Below, piece after piece: positions 1-12,343 of a stretch of 64,000 nt of DNA. The translations under genes were made by a program, and so were the position numbers. The notes beneath the pieces were generated by a model. The model searched no databases. It was not told the origin of the DNA and saw only the letters and a list, made by a program, of their open reading frames with translations. The DNA is from Chrysomallon squamiferum (taxonomy: Eukaryota; Animalia; Mollusca): the NCBI GenBank assembly GCA_012295275.1, contig CM022668.1, positions 6,758,001-6,822,000 of the forward strand. Reading direction: 5' to 3'. Within the stretch, counting starts at the first letter, position 1, and each line of letters opens with the position of its first letter.

Positions 1-27
1 TTTCTTTTCAACTTTTGTTCTTTTAAG

Positions 28-115
28 AAAGCAGCAATGGAGCCGTAGTTCCAATAATAGTGGTGTTTTGGCTGCTTGTTGGAGCTGGAGTTACGTATTA
101 CATTATAAAACAGAG
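28..115 (+). CDS. Transmembrane exon of a TSP1-repeat membrane protein paralog (upstream exons lie outside the window)
   Basis: ttttaag| acceptor and |gtaat donor; encodes xSSNGAVVPIIVVFWLLVGAGVTYYIIKQR; close paralog of exon 11984-12071. Confidence 0.75.
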
Positions 116-139
116 GTAATGATGACGATGATGATGATG

Positions 140-202
<63 letters not shown>

Positions 203-324
203 GCTGCAAGAATAATAAGAACTTTTTAAAAACTTTTCTTTATATCTTTTCCTGTATTTCTGCATACTTTTATATGTTTGCATAAGTGTCTCTCTGTTAA
301 CGAATATATTCTTTTGTTCTGAAG

Positions 325-421
325 GAAACAACGAAAAGATTTTACATCATCAAAGATTCTAGAAGTAGAGTTTGACAATGCGGGAACAGAGAAACAAGGA
401 CGGGATAATCCAGTTTTTTAA
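325..421 (+). CDS. Terminal cytoplasmic exon of the same TSP1-TM paralog
   Basis: ctgaag| acceptor, phase 2 matches previous exon; (R)KQRKDFTSSKILEVEFDNAGTEKQGRDNPVF*; paralog of 12247-12343. Confidence 0.7.
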
Positions 422-429
422 TCAAATAA

Positions 430-1170
430 GAAAGAGGATTATTTAAGAAAAGAAATCTGTTAAAGAAACAGGGTCAAGAAAGATAATCTGTTAAAGAAAT
501 GATTTCTTTAAAGAAATGGCTTCTTTAAAAAAACTGAATCTAATAAAGAAATTTCTTCTTTAAAGAAAAGGAATCTAGAGAAATGAGTTCTTTGAACATA
601 GAGAATCTGTTAAAGAAATCTGTTCTTTAAAGAAGCGGAATCTGTTATAGAAAGGGGGTTCACGAAATAAAGATAATTTATTAAAGAAACAGAATATTAA
701 TTTATTAAAGAAATAATCTATTAAAAAGAATATATTAAAGCAACAGGGTCCATTAAAAAAGAAAATCTGTTACAGACACTGGCACTATTAAGAAAGAAAA
801 AGAGAGAATTTATTAAATAAACAGAATGTACTAAAGAAAAGAACCAGATTCTTTAGAAAATAATATATTAAAGAAATAGGTTCTTTAGAGAGAAAATCGA
901 TTAAAATGAGAATCTCATCAAAGAATCTATTGCAGAAAGATTGTCTATTAAACAAACAGGATCTACAAAATTATTAAAGAAAGTGAATATATTAAAGAAA
1001 CAGCTGATGATCTATTAAATAGACACTCTATTAAAAAGAAAACACAACTATTAACGAAACGGAATCTTCAAACAAAGAATCTATTAAACTAAGATTCATT
1101 AAAAAAATAATATATTGCAATAAAGAGTGTTTATTAAAGAACATCTATTTTTAAAACAGGATCTATTTAA
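430..1170. repeat. Degenerate ~20-bp A-rich minisatellite (TTAAAGAAAcagaatcta-like) downstream of the TSP1-TM stop codon
   Basis: Recurrent TTAAAGAAA core; homologous tracts at ~12360-13500, 36310-36650, 47490-47840, 56730-57280 (+) and ~33650-34600, 44790-45710, 54210-54420 (-). Confidence 0.65.
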
Positions 1171-1529
1171 GAAAACTTCAGTTATCGTTGATAATTATGA
1201 AGTGGACTATGAATAGTCAAATCATATTTTCAAAATTGTAGAGAAGATAGTTTTGCTTTGTCAGCATCGTGATAATTTCTGAACCATGCTAACATTAGAG
1301 TGTAGTATCTCAAGGTTATCTAAATGAAATAATAAAATTAACTAAAAAACGTTCAAAGCAGTAAATTTTATTGAATCAATTACAAATACATTGTACAAGT
1401 AAAAACTGATATTTTGAATTATAGTTATGTCAATATTATTTTTAAAAATTATATATTTTAATAACTACTACTACTATTACTACTATTACTGCTACTACTA
1501 TTGGAATTATTACCATCATCATCATCATC

Positions 1530-1582
<53 letters not shown>

Positions 1583-1995
1583 TAAAAATAATAATAATAT
1601 TAATAATAATAAAAATGAAAGATAAACATGTGTGCTACTCAGAATTTAGTAATATGTCTAATTTTAAAAAAAAAGTTTGCTATTTCCATTTTCTTAAATT
1701 GTTTCTTTACTTGTATATAATATATATCCCGTTACGTATAATTATTTATGCATATATGAATATATATATAAAAAAAAGTTATTATTTTATTTATTTATTT
1801 ATTTTAAAATAAAAAACGTACAACAAGTGTGCGGTTTTAGTCCAAAAAGAAAAGAGCTATTTATTATCATCTAATTAAAAAAAAATTATATATATATATA
1901 TATATCAAAAAGTATATAATATGTATATGAATAAGTATATATATATATGAATATGAATGAATATATATATATATAGATATGAATAAGTATATATG

Positions 1996-2059
<64 letters not shown>

Positions 2060-2338
2060 GCTTTTGATATTACTAATGACATACAGTCAGCAACTATAGT
2101 GGACAATAAAGTTAAAACTTTTTGCAAATTAAAATCAATAAAATTTCTATGTTCTGTTCCAGGTTTTCTTCTTTAATTTTTGTTTTATATATTATTATTA
2201 CTATTTTTGATGATAACAATAACAATAAGAACAACAACAGCAACAACAAAAACAAAATTGAAAATAAATAAATAAATAAATGAAAACAATGTCACACTTC
2301 TGTGCTGTTTTTAATATGTAATAAAACTAATAACTTAC

Positions 2339-2533
2339 CAGGACAAGGAACGTTTGAACTGCACGTCTTGGTAGCAAGTTTGCTGCTGATGCCGTTGCAT
2401 TCATCGCCGTAGTGTTGAGGTTGTGGATTGTTGCAGACGCGAACTTCAACGTGGTCATTCGTGCCAGACCCGCCACAAGAAACAGTGCAAGGTTTCCTTT
2501 CAAAATGTATCCAAGAGCTCCATCCACCGTTAA
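2339..2533 (-). CDS. TSP1 (thrombospondin type-1) repeat exon, gene A
   Basis: tacag| ... |gtaagt, 195 nt, phase 1-1; VNGGWSSWIHFERKPCTVSCGGSGTNDHVEVRVCNNPQPQHYGDECNGISSKLATKTCSSNVPCP has WxxW, CxVSCG, RxC and six Cys. Confidence 0.85.
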
Positions 2534-3141
2534 CTGTATTCCAAGAGAAAAAAAATATTCAGTATGTTGTCTATTTATTACTTTTAGTAGTAGAAGTAAA
2601 GCGTTTTCAGTAGTAATAGCAGTAGAAGTAGTAACAGAAGCGCCAGAGCAGTACTTGTAGTAGTAATAGTAGAAGTAGAAGTAGTAGTGGCTGTGTGAAT
2701 AATCAATAAAATAAATCAATAAAATATGAACAAATAAACAAATACATAAGTCGATAAATAAATCATTAAAAATAAATCAATAAAATATAAACGACCGAAC
2801 AAATAAATAAACAAAGATAAATAAATTAAAAAACAAATTAATAAATAAATATAAATAAAAAAATTAATAAATAAATAAACAATTAACTGAATAAACAAAC
2901 AACTAAGTAAACAATCAAACAAAGAAACAAGTAAATTAACAAGTAACTAAATAAATAAATATCGATAAATACAATGTAAATAATTAAAAAAACAGCAAAT
3001 AAATCATTAAATAAATAAAATAAATATACAAACAAACAACAAAAAAGAAAGAACATGAATTAAATAAATTGAAAAAAAAACAACTACAACAACAAAAAAC
3101 AAACAAACAAACAAACAAACAAACGAACAAAAAAAAAACAC

Positions 3142-3333
3142 CTGTGCACGAGATGTTGGTAGCACAGACTTCTCTGAGCAGTTTAAACACGTGACCATAG
3201 CAACGCCGCCCTCCATTGTGTGGTTTTGGCCTCGTGCACGTCCGAGTGTAATTTACATCAGCAACACCAAGGTCACAGGTAACACTACACCTGTTTATTT
3301 TACTTCCTACCCAGCTACCCCAAGCTCCGTCCA
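3142..3333 (-). CDS. TSP1 repeat exon, gene A
   Basis: tatag| ... |gtgttt, 192 nt, phase 1-1; VDGAWGSWVGSKINRCSVTCDLGVADVNYTRTCTRPKPHNGGRRCYGHVFKLLREVCATNISCT. Confidence 0.85.
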
Positions 3334-3558
3334 CTATATATAGAGAAACTCAGAGAGATAGCTAGTTAGTTAGATATAGATTGATAGAGACATACTTACA
3401 AACATAATACATACAATGATACATACACACACACACACAGATACACATGTACTTAGATATATAGACAGAGAGACAGAAATACAGATATGTCGATGAACAG
3501 ATAGAAAGATAGATACAGAGAGACAGACAGACACAAAGTGAGAGACATACTTTTAAGA

Positions 3559-3606
<48 letters not shown>

Positions 3607-3692
3607 TTTAATTTAATATGTTTTTATTTTAATTTTTACTATGCTTTTGACAATTATCTCACAATAATTTCTCTCTAACTCTCCCACTCCAT

Positions 3693-3823
<131 letters not shown>

Positions 3824-3893
3824 TATGTATGTATACGTATATACTGAACTTAAGTAATATTAGGCACTAATAGCAAATAAAGATGCTGCAAAC

Positions 3894-4064
3894 CAGGGCA
3901 CGGTAACTGATTTTCGCATTTCTTTGACTGAGTCTTGAAGCGAGATCCTTTACATTGTTTCGTACTACAGTATCTGACCAGGGCCACAGTCCTCCGTCCA
4001 TACCCACACGTTGCAGAACACGGCCCTTTATTAAAGTTTTCCCATTCCAACCACGTACCCGTCA
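3894..4064 (-). CDS. TSP1 repeat exon, gene A
   Basis: ttttag| ... |gtttgc, 171 nt, phase 1-1; VTGTWLEWENFNKGPCSATCGYGRRTVALVRYCSTKQCKGSRFKTQSKKCENQLPCP. Confidence 0.8.
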
Positions 4065-5042
4065 CTAAAAGTAAAGAGTAATGAAGTAAACGATTTAAGA
4101 TTAGAAGATGAAATGTATGAGCACAGACGCACCAGTCTATCTATCTATCTATGTATATATCAGCAAAATACTAACTGAAAATTTCCTGTGCTTCTACAAT
4201 AAGGAGAAAAAATATGGTCTTCATTTCTTCATTTTGTACATAAAAAATCTTCTCAGATCCAAAAAGAGATAGTACAGAAAAATAGTTAAATACTTAGTAA
4301 TGAACAGACAAATATGTACAGATGTACAGTGTCCCTACATGACAGTTATCAAATGGATGCAAATTACAGACAGTTGTTTCTGAAACATGTTTAAAATCTT
4401 CGTTCACATCAGTCACAAATAGCAAGCATCACAGCTTTCTACTAAAATAAAAATGCAAACAGTGATAGCGGGTACATTGATGGATGTAAATAAAACTTAT
4501 TTCGTACGTCATAAAACTCATAATAAACGAAATATTGCCTTTGAAACCCTAACAGTCCTCCGATTTGTGCCAGCCGCACCAAATTTTCGACCTCAAGAGT
4601 ACCGCTAAGGCGCGGTGTTTATAAAACATAAACATGCATGGAATGATGTTGAATGTTTGTATTATCAAAATTATGCACCAAATGGTTTGAACTCACACGG
4701 TTTGGCTGGCAAGCGTCTGGCGAGTCCTGTTCACGTACTTTTGTGAATCGACTAAAACAACACTCCCTGAAATGGGCGACGCTAAAGACAGTTACTGCTG
4801 TATTAAAATACACGCACAAACTTAGAGAATGAAAAAAAAAAAAAAAAACATGTATTTATAAATAGATCAAACATATGACAATTTATTATAATTTTTTTTT
4901 ATTCCTTTTTCCTATTGTTGTTGTGGATCTTTCAATAAGAATGAAAGAAAGAAACAAATATATAAACAGATGCATATATACATCAATAAGTAAATAAATA
5001 AATAAACAGATAAAATACAGAAAATACAATTATTTCAATTGA

Positions 5043-5073
<31 letters not shown>

Positions 5074-5081
5074 AACAAAAC

Positions 5082-5194
5082 CCTGGAAACTGCCATCTTT
5101 GCCAAGTACATCCAAATATACATGACCTTTGTAGCGAATGTTACACAGAGCACCCAAAATTTGGGTCTTCATTCCTTCGCCAGCAAAGTTTCTC
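5082..5194 (-). CDS. Candidate upstream exon of TSP1 gene A
   Basis: Open frame ...MKTQILGALCNIRYKGHVYLDVLGKDGSFQ ending in a phase-1 GT compatible with exon 3894-4064; diverged homologs at ~35405-35500, 46547-46640, 54845-54940; not a recognisable signal peptide. Confidence 0.3.
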
Positions 5195-5465
5195 CTGTTA
5201 TCTTAATTATTTCTTCAACAAATTATCTAAAATTTATCATGTTTGATTTTTCAATCACAGCCTTTTTATACCGCCAAAAATTACGTCAAACAGTATATGT
5301 ACGTGACGTCATTCATACTAATAATATTAATCTGTGTCAGTGAGTGTTGGAGCGTTCTTTTGAAAACACGAAAATAATTATAAGAGATATATTGTAAGTA
5401 AAAACTAAAATAACAACAACAAGAAGAAGAAATATATAAATAAATAAACAAACAAAATAATGACA

Positions 5466-5510
<45 letters not shown>

Positions 5511-6283
5511 TTGTTTGTTTGTTAGGGCAAATCATAAGACTAATCTTAATTTTTTTACAATTTTTATTTATTTTTATAATTTAATAATAATAATGTATTA
5601 TAGATGCATAAAAATAATTAAATATGTCTAAATAGACTATCAAATTCTTACCGTGTATATGTGTGTGTTTTTTGTTTGACTTTCTGAAGAAAATAAAAGG
5701 TCAAGGACATTTAAGTTCAGTGACCAACCTTTTTTAATTATTATTATTACTACTAATAATAATGCTAATATTATTTGATGAACTGAATAGGAATCGCCGG
5801 GTTTTCTTATGTTCAGAATTATATTTCATTGCAAGCTCACTTTATTCAAAGTATTGTTTTAAATTAGGAACACATTTCTATTAAGTTCCTACACGACGGC
5901 ACATCAATCTAACCTAAATATGCTAATTACGAAAATGAAAATTACGCTCCCGTCATGACGTAACAAAAAAAAAAAAAAAAAAAGAAGATCATCCGCCATT
6001 TTTAATGGATGGTCTATTATTTCAGAAACTTAAATGAAGTGATTCAAGTTGAAAAATAATAATCTGTAGTATAAATTTGGAAACATTATTAACATTATTA
6101 TTTTTATCAGACTCTTTGACTAATAATTTAAAACTGATTTCTAAATTGTAAAACGTAAGTATATTCTTTTTCCATACAGTTATATTTAATGTATTTACGA
6201 CAAATTATTATTTTTGTCTTTCTATCTTTTTGACTTTATTTATTTATTTATATATTATTCCTATTATTATTATTATTATTAGT

Positions 6284-6324
<41 letters not shown>

Positions 6325-6681
6325 ATGAAATATAGAATATAAAGTCTAGACATAAGAGTACTTTTTCTAAACTCAGTTAACTGGAATATCACGAGGAATT
6401 CCAGTAAGAATGGTATTTTGGTATACAGAGGATCGAGAAAACAACTCATATAACCAAACTGTGGCTAAATGCAAATCTTTTAAATACATATAGACTCAGA
6501 CAGACTGACAGATAGATACACTGACGGACAGACATGCTAAATTAATTCGTTTTAACAGTAAATAACAACAATAACAACAACAACAACAACAACAATAAAT
6601 TAAAGATGAAATATTCTAAAACTAATTTCTTAAGACATACACACAAATGCATACAAACATATATATAGATATATAGACAGA

Positions 6682-6740
<59 letters not shown>

Positions 6741-7277
6741 CGATAGATCTAAATGTAAGCCCAATACTAGATGTAGTTCAGATTTGAACAGGATTGATTT
6801 AACAGAAGAAGAAGCAGTAGAGTATAAAAATAAGAACAAATCTTCTTGAAGAATTAGTTTTATTTTTTCGTTGACATTACTGAGCTAACGGTTTTAGTAA
6901 ATGTTTTTTATGTATTATCTGTGTATCTAAGCATATGTGTTTAATAAACATATTTATATATATATATGCATACATACATAGATAAATACAATGCCTATAT
7001 GCAATTATTTTCAGATAAAAATGGTTTTATCGAAAGAAATGATTTCATTTTTGCTGCTACTCATTTTTAGTGAATTTCTGACAAGTTATGGAGCTAGTGT
7101 TACTGTAGTTAATTTTCTTGCTATTATTCTTAATAAACAAACAAACACACAAACAGTAAATAAATAAATAAACATAGAGGTATCACTGGCTTTCTCTTTC
7201 TTAATCAAATATTATTGTTAAGAAAGTAACAACAGCAACAACAACAACAATAACACCTACAATACTACTATTATTAT

Positions 7278-7321
<44 letters not shown>

Positions 7322-7354
7322 ACAATAATAATAACAACAATAATAACAACAACA

Positions 7355-7386
<32 letters not shown>

Positions 7387-7935
7387 CGAAATGTATAGGT
7401 TTTCTGTGTTGCTGTGCTGTGTCTAAAAATAAATATCAAAGATCACGTTCATGCAGGAAATATCAGTAGCCTAAACGCAGTTAGGAGAAATTTTATTTTG
7501 TTCCAACATTAAACCTGTAAAAGCTTTAATATTAATTTGTCTTGATGTGTTAAAAAAACTGAACATCCCTTTATTCGTTGGTTCGTTCGTTCATCAATTC
7601 ATTCCGTCATTCATGAACAGAAAAAATTCTCAGAAAAATATAAATGTAAAAATAAGTAATACAAAATATGCACACGATGAAGAGAAAATAAATGAATGAC
7701 TGAATGAATAAATAAATGAAATCTAGAAAATATGTATAAAAAGGCAACAACTAATAACAAGTCGTGTAATAAACTGAACACAGAATCTTATCAAACTGAT
7801 GGATTGTATTCAGTTTGTTACGTAAGTGATTAAGAAGCAATACAAAATAATAATAATGAGACGTGTTTGTGTGCGTGTAGGTAGGTGTGTGTGTGCATAA
7901 GTGTAAACTTTTAGAAAGTTCTTATATTTTATATA

Positions 7936-8240
7936 CAGTAGTACCTCGAGTTACGAGTGCTCCAAATTACGAGTTTTTCGAGTTACTAGCAGCCGCCCTG
8001 TCGATTTTTTGCTTTGCGTTGCGAGTCAAAATCCGAATTACGAGCGAGCTTCAGATACGCTGCCGCTACTTGGCGCAACGAAAAACACATCATCCGCCCA
8101 ACATTCCCCTCCTTTCTCGTTTGCTTCACTGGAAGCATCTCTGTTCTGTTGTGATCACGTTTTATACAGTTCTTTGCCAAATTTCCATTGATCCTAAGAA
8201 AGTGATTACATTTACGACATGTACCATACTGAAGCAGTAA
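7936..8240 (+). mobile_element. Tigger/pogo-like DNA transposon left end (truncated)
   Basis: TA|CAGTAGTACCTCGAGTTACGAG terminus with subterminal TTACGAG repeats, resembling Tigger/pogo TIRs; matching right TIR not found; right boundary approximate. Confidence 0.55.
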
Positions 8241-8356
8241 TCAATAAGAATAATAATAATAATTAAGTATCATCCTAATGTAAGTATCATATAAAATTAG
8301 TGTACCTATAAAAAATATGAATTAGATCATAGATTCAGTAGTCATTCTGAATCATT

Positions 8357-8487
<131 letters not shown>

Positions 8488-8521
8488 CTCTTTTTTTTTT
8501 TTTTTTTCTGTCATTGTTCAG

Positions 8522-8713
8522 TAAATGTTAATTGGGGTGACTGGGTGAAAATCGGTTCATCGAAGTGTGCGATGACCTGCGGTAAGGATGCACACGCCAG
8601 ATTTTACCTCAGAAGTTGCGACAATCCAGCACCCGACGAGGGCGGGTTGCCCTGCCCTGGTGATGACACAACGGTGGAGGCAGGTCTCCCATGTGATTTA
8701 CCGCCTTGTCCAA
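8522..8713 (+). CDS. TSP1 repeat exon 1, gene B
   Basis: ttcag| ... |gtacgt, 192 nt, phase 1-1; xNVNWGDWVKIGSSKCAMTCGKDAHARFYLRSCDNPAPDEGGLPCPGDDTTVEAGLPCDLPPCP. Confidence 0.85.
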
Positions 8714-9216
8714 GTACGTAATTTATTATCAAATCAACCGTCAATCGTCAGCAGTTTACGTCATCTCTTAATTGTTAATGTATCATTAATCCTGGCTCTC
8801 ATTCACTCTCAATTGGTTCTTGTATTATCTTGTCATAGTTTTCACTGATCATTTAACCAACACGAAACTGTTTCCTGTTGTTGTTCTTTTTTCTTTTTTT
8901 TGTCATTGCATTTGTTCATCATTTAATTACCATCATACTATTATTGTATCATTCGTCGTGTTAATTAACAATAAATTATTAAGTAAATAACACGATTTTT
9001 TGTCGTACCATTTGTCCTGAATTTAATGTATTATTTAATGCACGTAATATTATTGCATCATTATTAAGTTGTTAATTTATCATTTTTCCTTCTTTCTTTC
9101 GTTATTTAACTAACACTAAATTGTCATCGTACCGTTTGTCCTGACTTTCATTAGTTACTTAACTAATATTAAATTATTATTGTCCAGCGTTTCATTATTT
9201 AATTGAACAATTTCTC

Positions 9217-9375
9217 GAGATATACAAGAACAGTGTCTAGAAATATACAAGAACAGTGTTTGGAGATATACAAGAACAGTTTATAGACATATACAAAAAC
9301 ACTGTTTAGAATAATACGAGAAATATGTCTACAGATATGTCTAGAAATATACAAGTACAGTGTCTACATAACAGC
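9217..9375. repeat. Intronic ~23-bp tandem repeat (GAAATATACAAGAACAGTGTCTA)
   Basis: About 6 degenerate head-to-tail units with no spacers; homologous arrays at ~35850-36020, 47060-47230, 56275-56440. Confidence 0.75.
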
Positions 9376-9434
9376 ATAGTATCTGGATATATTATATTTA
9401 TATCTCTTAGTATTTTATTTACTTATTTATTTAG

Positions 9435-9619
9435 TTTCTGGTGAATGGAATAGCTGGGAAACTCTATCGAGTGTGTGCACTGTCTCATGTGGAAGAGGCA
9501 CCTCTTTTATAACGGAGAAAAGGCTGTGTAGCCGACCCGTGCCGGAGAAGAGACTGAGAATTGTCGTGGCACAGAAGTGAAGAACAGAACAGAGATATGT
9601 GAGATGGGCACGTGTGCAG
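9435..9619 (+). pseudogene. TSP1 repeat exon 2, gene B, with 1-nt frameshift (real lesion or assembly error)
   Basis: tttag| ... |gtatc; 185 nt vs 186 nt for sister exons; xSGEWNSWETLSSVCTVSCGRGTSFITEKRLCSRPVP, then frame change near 9545 into ETENCRGTEVKNRTEICEMGTCA. Confidence 0.7.
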
Positions 9620-9716
9620 GTATCATCATTATGATTTTTCTTTTCCTTCTTGTTCTTCTTGTCATCATTATCATCTGCGTAATGCTAGAACTACTACTAC
9701 TAATAATAATAATTTC

Positions 9717-9749
<33 letters not shown>

Positions 9750-9817
9750 GACCGTTGTTGCTGTTGTTAGTAGATTAGTAGTAGTAGTAGTAGTAATAAT
9801 AGTAATAGCAGTAAAAG

Positions 9818-10010
9818 GACGAGCCATAGCTCAGTGATACATTGTCCTCGATCAACTCAAAACTCGATTTCTCAAGTGTTCAGCAACTGGTGTAGACGTG
9901 GAATGTACTATCCTGTCTGAGGGATGCTGTATATTAAATACATCTTGTTTCTAACGGAAAGAGTAAGCCATGAATTTACGTCTGTGTGTAGGTTTTCTCT
10001 ATTATTATCG
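9818..10010 (+). mobile_element. Degenerate tRNA-derived SINE (MetaSINE-like)
   Basis: A-box-like TAGCTCAGTG head followed by GTGGAATGTACTATCCTGTCTGAGGGATG...GAAAGAGTAAGCCATG, resembling the Meta core of mollusc SINEs (from memory, not searched). Confidence 0.55.
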
Positions 10011-10274
10011 ATAAAGTACCTGCACTGTAAATGTTAAAGGATGTGGAGGATGCCAGAAGAACATTAGTTGGCTAAAGGAATCTTTTTTATGCCAGTGTAT
10101 GTCTAGGGACACCTGATATTTTATGTATTTTATTTTATTTTTATATCATCTCGTAAGTTAAATCAAATAAAAGTGATAATTCCCTTTTCTGAAATCACCG
10201 TTTCGCTTCGCTAAAGTATCTTACTTGATTATTTAAATATTTTATTTCAATGTTTATTATTTAATATTAATAAT

Positions 10275-10306
<32 letters not shown>

Positions 10307-10310
10307 TTAG

Positions 10311-10499
10311 TTTCTGGTGGTGCATGGGGTAGTTGGGAAAGACAGTCGTCAAGGTGTACAGTCACTTGTGGAGAAGGCATCAATGTTATAAAAGAGAGAC
10401 GGCTGTGTGATCAACCTGTCCCGGAGGACGGAGTGGAAGAATGCACAGGCACAGAACTGAAGAACAGAACAGAAATATGTCAGATGGACAAATGTACAG
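10311..10499 (+). CDS. TSP1 repeat exon 3, gene B
   Basis: ttag| ... |gtatc, 189 nt, phase 1-1; VSGGAWGSWERQSSRCTVTCGEGINVIKERRLCDQPVPEDGVEECTGTELKNRTEICQMDKCT. Confidence 0.85.
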
Positions 10500-10805
10500 G
10501 TATCGTTATCTTCATCATCATCATCATCATCATTATTTTCCTTCTTCCTGTTATCTTGATCATCTTTTCTCTTTTGTTTTTCTGTTTGTTGTTTGTGTTC
10601 AGGTGGGTTTTTTCATGAAGAAAAAGAACCTGGATCGGTGTGTTGGATAAATGGATTTCGGATAAATGGATGCAAATCTGTTTTCTGGGAATGGTAACAA
10701 AAACCTTCAATTTCATTTCATTTCATTTATTTATTTATTTATTTTGCCATTTTTATTAATTATTATTCTTCTTTTATTTATCTTGAATTATTTTTTTATA
10801 TTTAG

Positions 10806-10991
10806 TTTCTGGTTCATGGGGTAGCTGGGCAAGGGTGTCGGGAGTGTGTAGTGTCTCATGTGGACAAGGCACAGCTGTTGTAAAAGAGAGTAGGCTGTGT
10901 GACCAACCCCTACTGGAGTCTGGAATGGAAAAATGTAGTGGCTCAGAAATGAAGAACAGAACAGAAATATGTCAGATGGACAAATGTACAG
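10806..10991 (+). CDS. TSP1 repeat exon 4, gene B
   Basis: tttag| ... |gtattg, 186 nt; VSGSWGSWARVSGVCSVSCGQGTAVVKESRLCDQPLLESGMEKCSGSEMKNRTEICQMDKCT. Confidence 0.85.
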
Positions 10992-11297
10992 GTATTGTTA
11001 TTATCTTCAGCATCATCATCATTATTATTTTTCTTCTTCCCGTTATATTTATCATCTTATCTCTTTTGTTTTTCTCTTTGTTGTTTGTTTTGAGGGGGGG
11101 GTTCTTGAAGAAAAAGAACCTGGATCGGTGTGTTGGATAAATGGATTTCGGATAAACAGATGCAAATCTGTTTTCTGGGAATGGTAACAAAATCATTTCA
11201 TTTCATTTCATTTATTTATTTATTTATTTATTTATTTTGCCCTTTTTATTAATTATTATTCTTCTTTTATTTTTCTTTAATTATTGCTTTTATTTAG

Positions 11298-11492
11298 TTT
11301 CTGGTTCATGGGGTACCTGGGCAAGGGTGTCGGGAGTGTGTAGTGTCTCATGTGGACAAGGCACAGCTGTTGTAAAAGAGAGTAGGCTGTGTGACCAACC
11401 CCTACTGGAGTCTGGAATGGAAAAATGTAGTGGCTCAGAAATGAAGAACAGAACAGAAATATGTCAGATGGCATCATGTGCAGCTTCCTCCC
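11298..11492 (+). CDS. TSP1 repeat exon 5, gene B
   Basis: Near-identical to exon 4; the homologous donor at 11484 reads CT, but a phase-1 GTAACC at 11493 would join the TM exon; 3' end uncertain (read-through stops at 11530). Confidence 0.75.
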
Positions 11493-11983
11493 GTAACCAT
11501 GATCACTATCATTATCATTATTGTAGTTGATGTTGTTGTTGGTGTTGTTATTCTTATTACTTTTATTGTTGTTGTTTTTGTTGTGGCTGCTGGGGCTACT
11601 TCTGCTATACTTATTTTTGTTAATAGTAATATGTTGTTGTTGTTGTTGGTACTTACTTTCCTGATTATTGTTTATCGGGAAAAAGGAACGCCTGAAGTGG
11701 TTCGTTATCGATAATTACCAGCAAAGTAATCTAAAATAACCAATGAAATTATCAGTTACACCAACACAGTAGTAGTAGCAGGAGAAGTATTTGTGTTATA
11801 TATCATCATTTTTTACATTACTACAACTGTTCTCTTGCTGTTCTTCTATTCATCAACATCATCATAATCATCAGCTAGTATTTAGTATTTTCGCAAGTAG
11901 ATTTTTTTTTCATGTCGCTAGTGTCAACTATAAAAACAAATTATTGTATCCTTCTTTTTCTTTTGAACTTTTGTTCTTTTAAG

Positions 11984-12071
11984 AAAGCAGCAATGGAGTC
12001 GTAGTTGCAATAATAGTGGTGTTGTTGCTGCTGATTGGGGCTGGAGTTACGTATTACATTATAAAACAGAG
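11984..12071 (+). CDS. Transmembrane exon, TSP1 gene B
   Basis: ttttaag| ... |gtaatg; xSSNGVVVAIIVVLLLLIGAGVTYYIIKQR, a hydrophobic helix followed by basic stop-transfer residues. Confidence 0.8.
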
Positions 12072-12101
12072 GTAATGATGATGATGATGATGATGATGAT
12101 G

Positions 12102-12140
<39 letters not shown>

Positions 12141-12246
12141 GCTACAAGAATAAAAATAACTTTTTAAAAACATTTTCTTTAAATCTTTTTCTGTTACTGC
12201 ATACTTTTATATATTTGTATAACGAATATTTTCTTTTGTTCTGAAG

Positions 12247-12343
12247 GAAACAAGGAAAAGCTTTTGGATCATCAAAGCTTCCAGAAACAGTGTCTGACAA
12301 GGCGAGAACAGATATAAAAGGACAAGATAATCCAGCTTTTTAA
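12247..12343 (+). CDS. Terminal cytoplasmic exon, TSP1 gene B
   Basis: ctgaag| phase 2; (R)KQGKAFGSSKLPETVSDKARTDIKGQDNPAF*. Confidence 0.75.

Noticed and set aside
4326-4830. TACAGTG-starting, relatively GC-rich segment with a 66-aa minus ORF: possible Tc1 element or extra exon
   Set aside because: No matching second TIR nearby and no recognisable domain
9217-9375. 23-bp repeats (also the 27-, 30- and 36-bp arrays) considered as CRISPR-like
   Set aside because: Head-to-tail with no unique spacers, no cas genes, eukaryotic context
9825-9900. tRNA-like TAGCTCAGTG
   Set aside because: No B-box or cloverleaf; better explained as a degenerate SINE head
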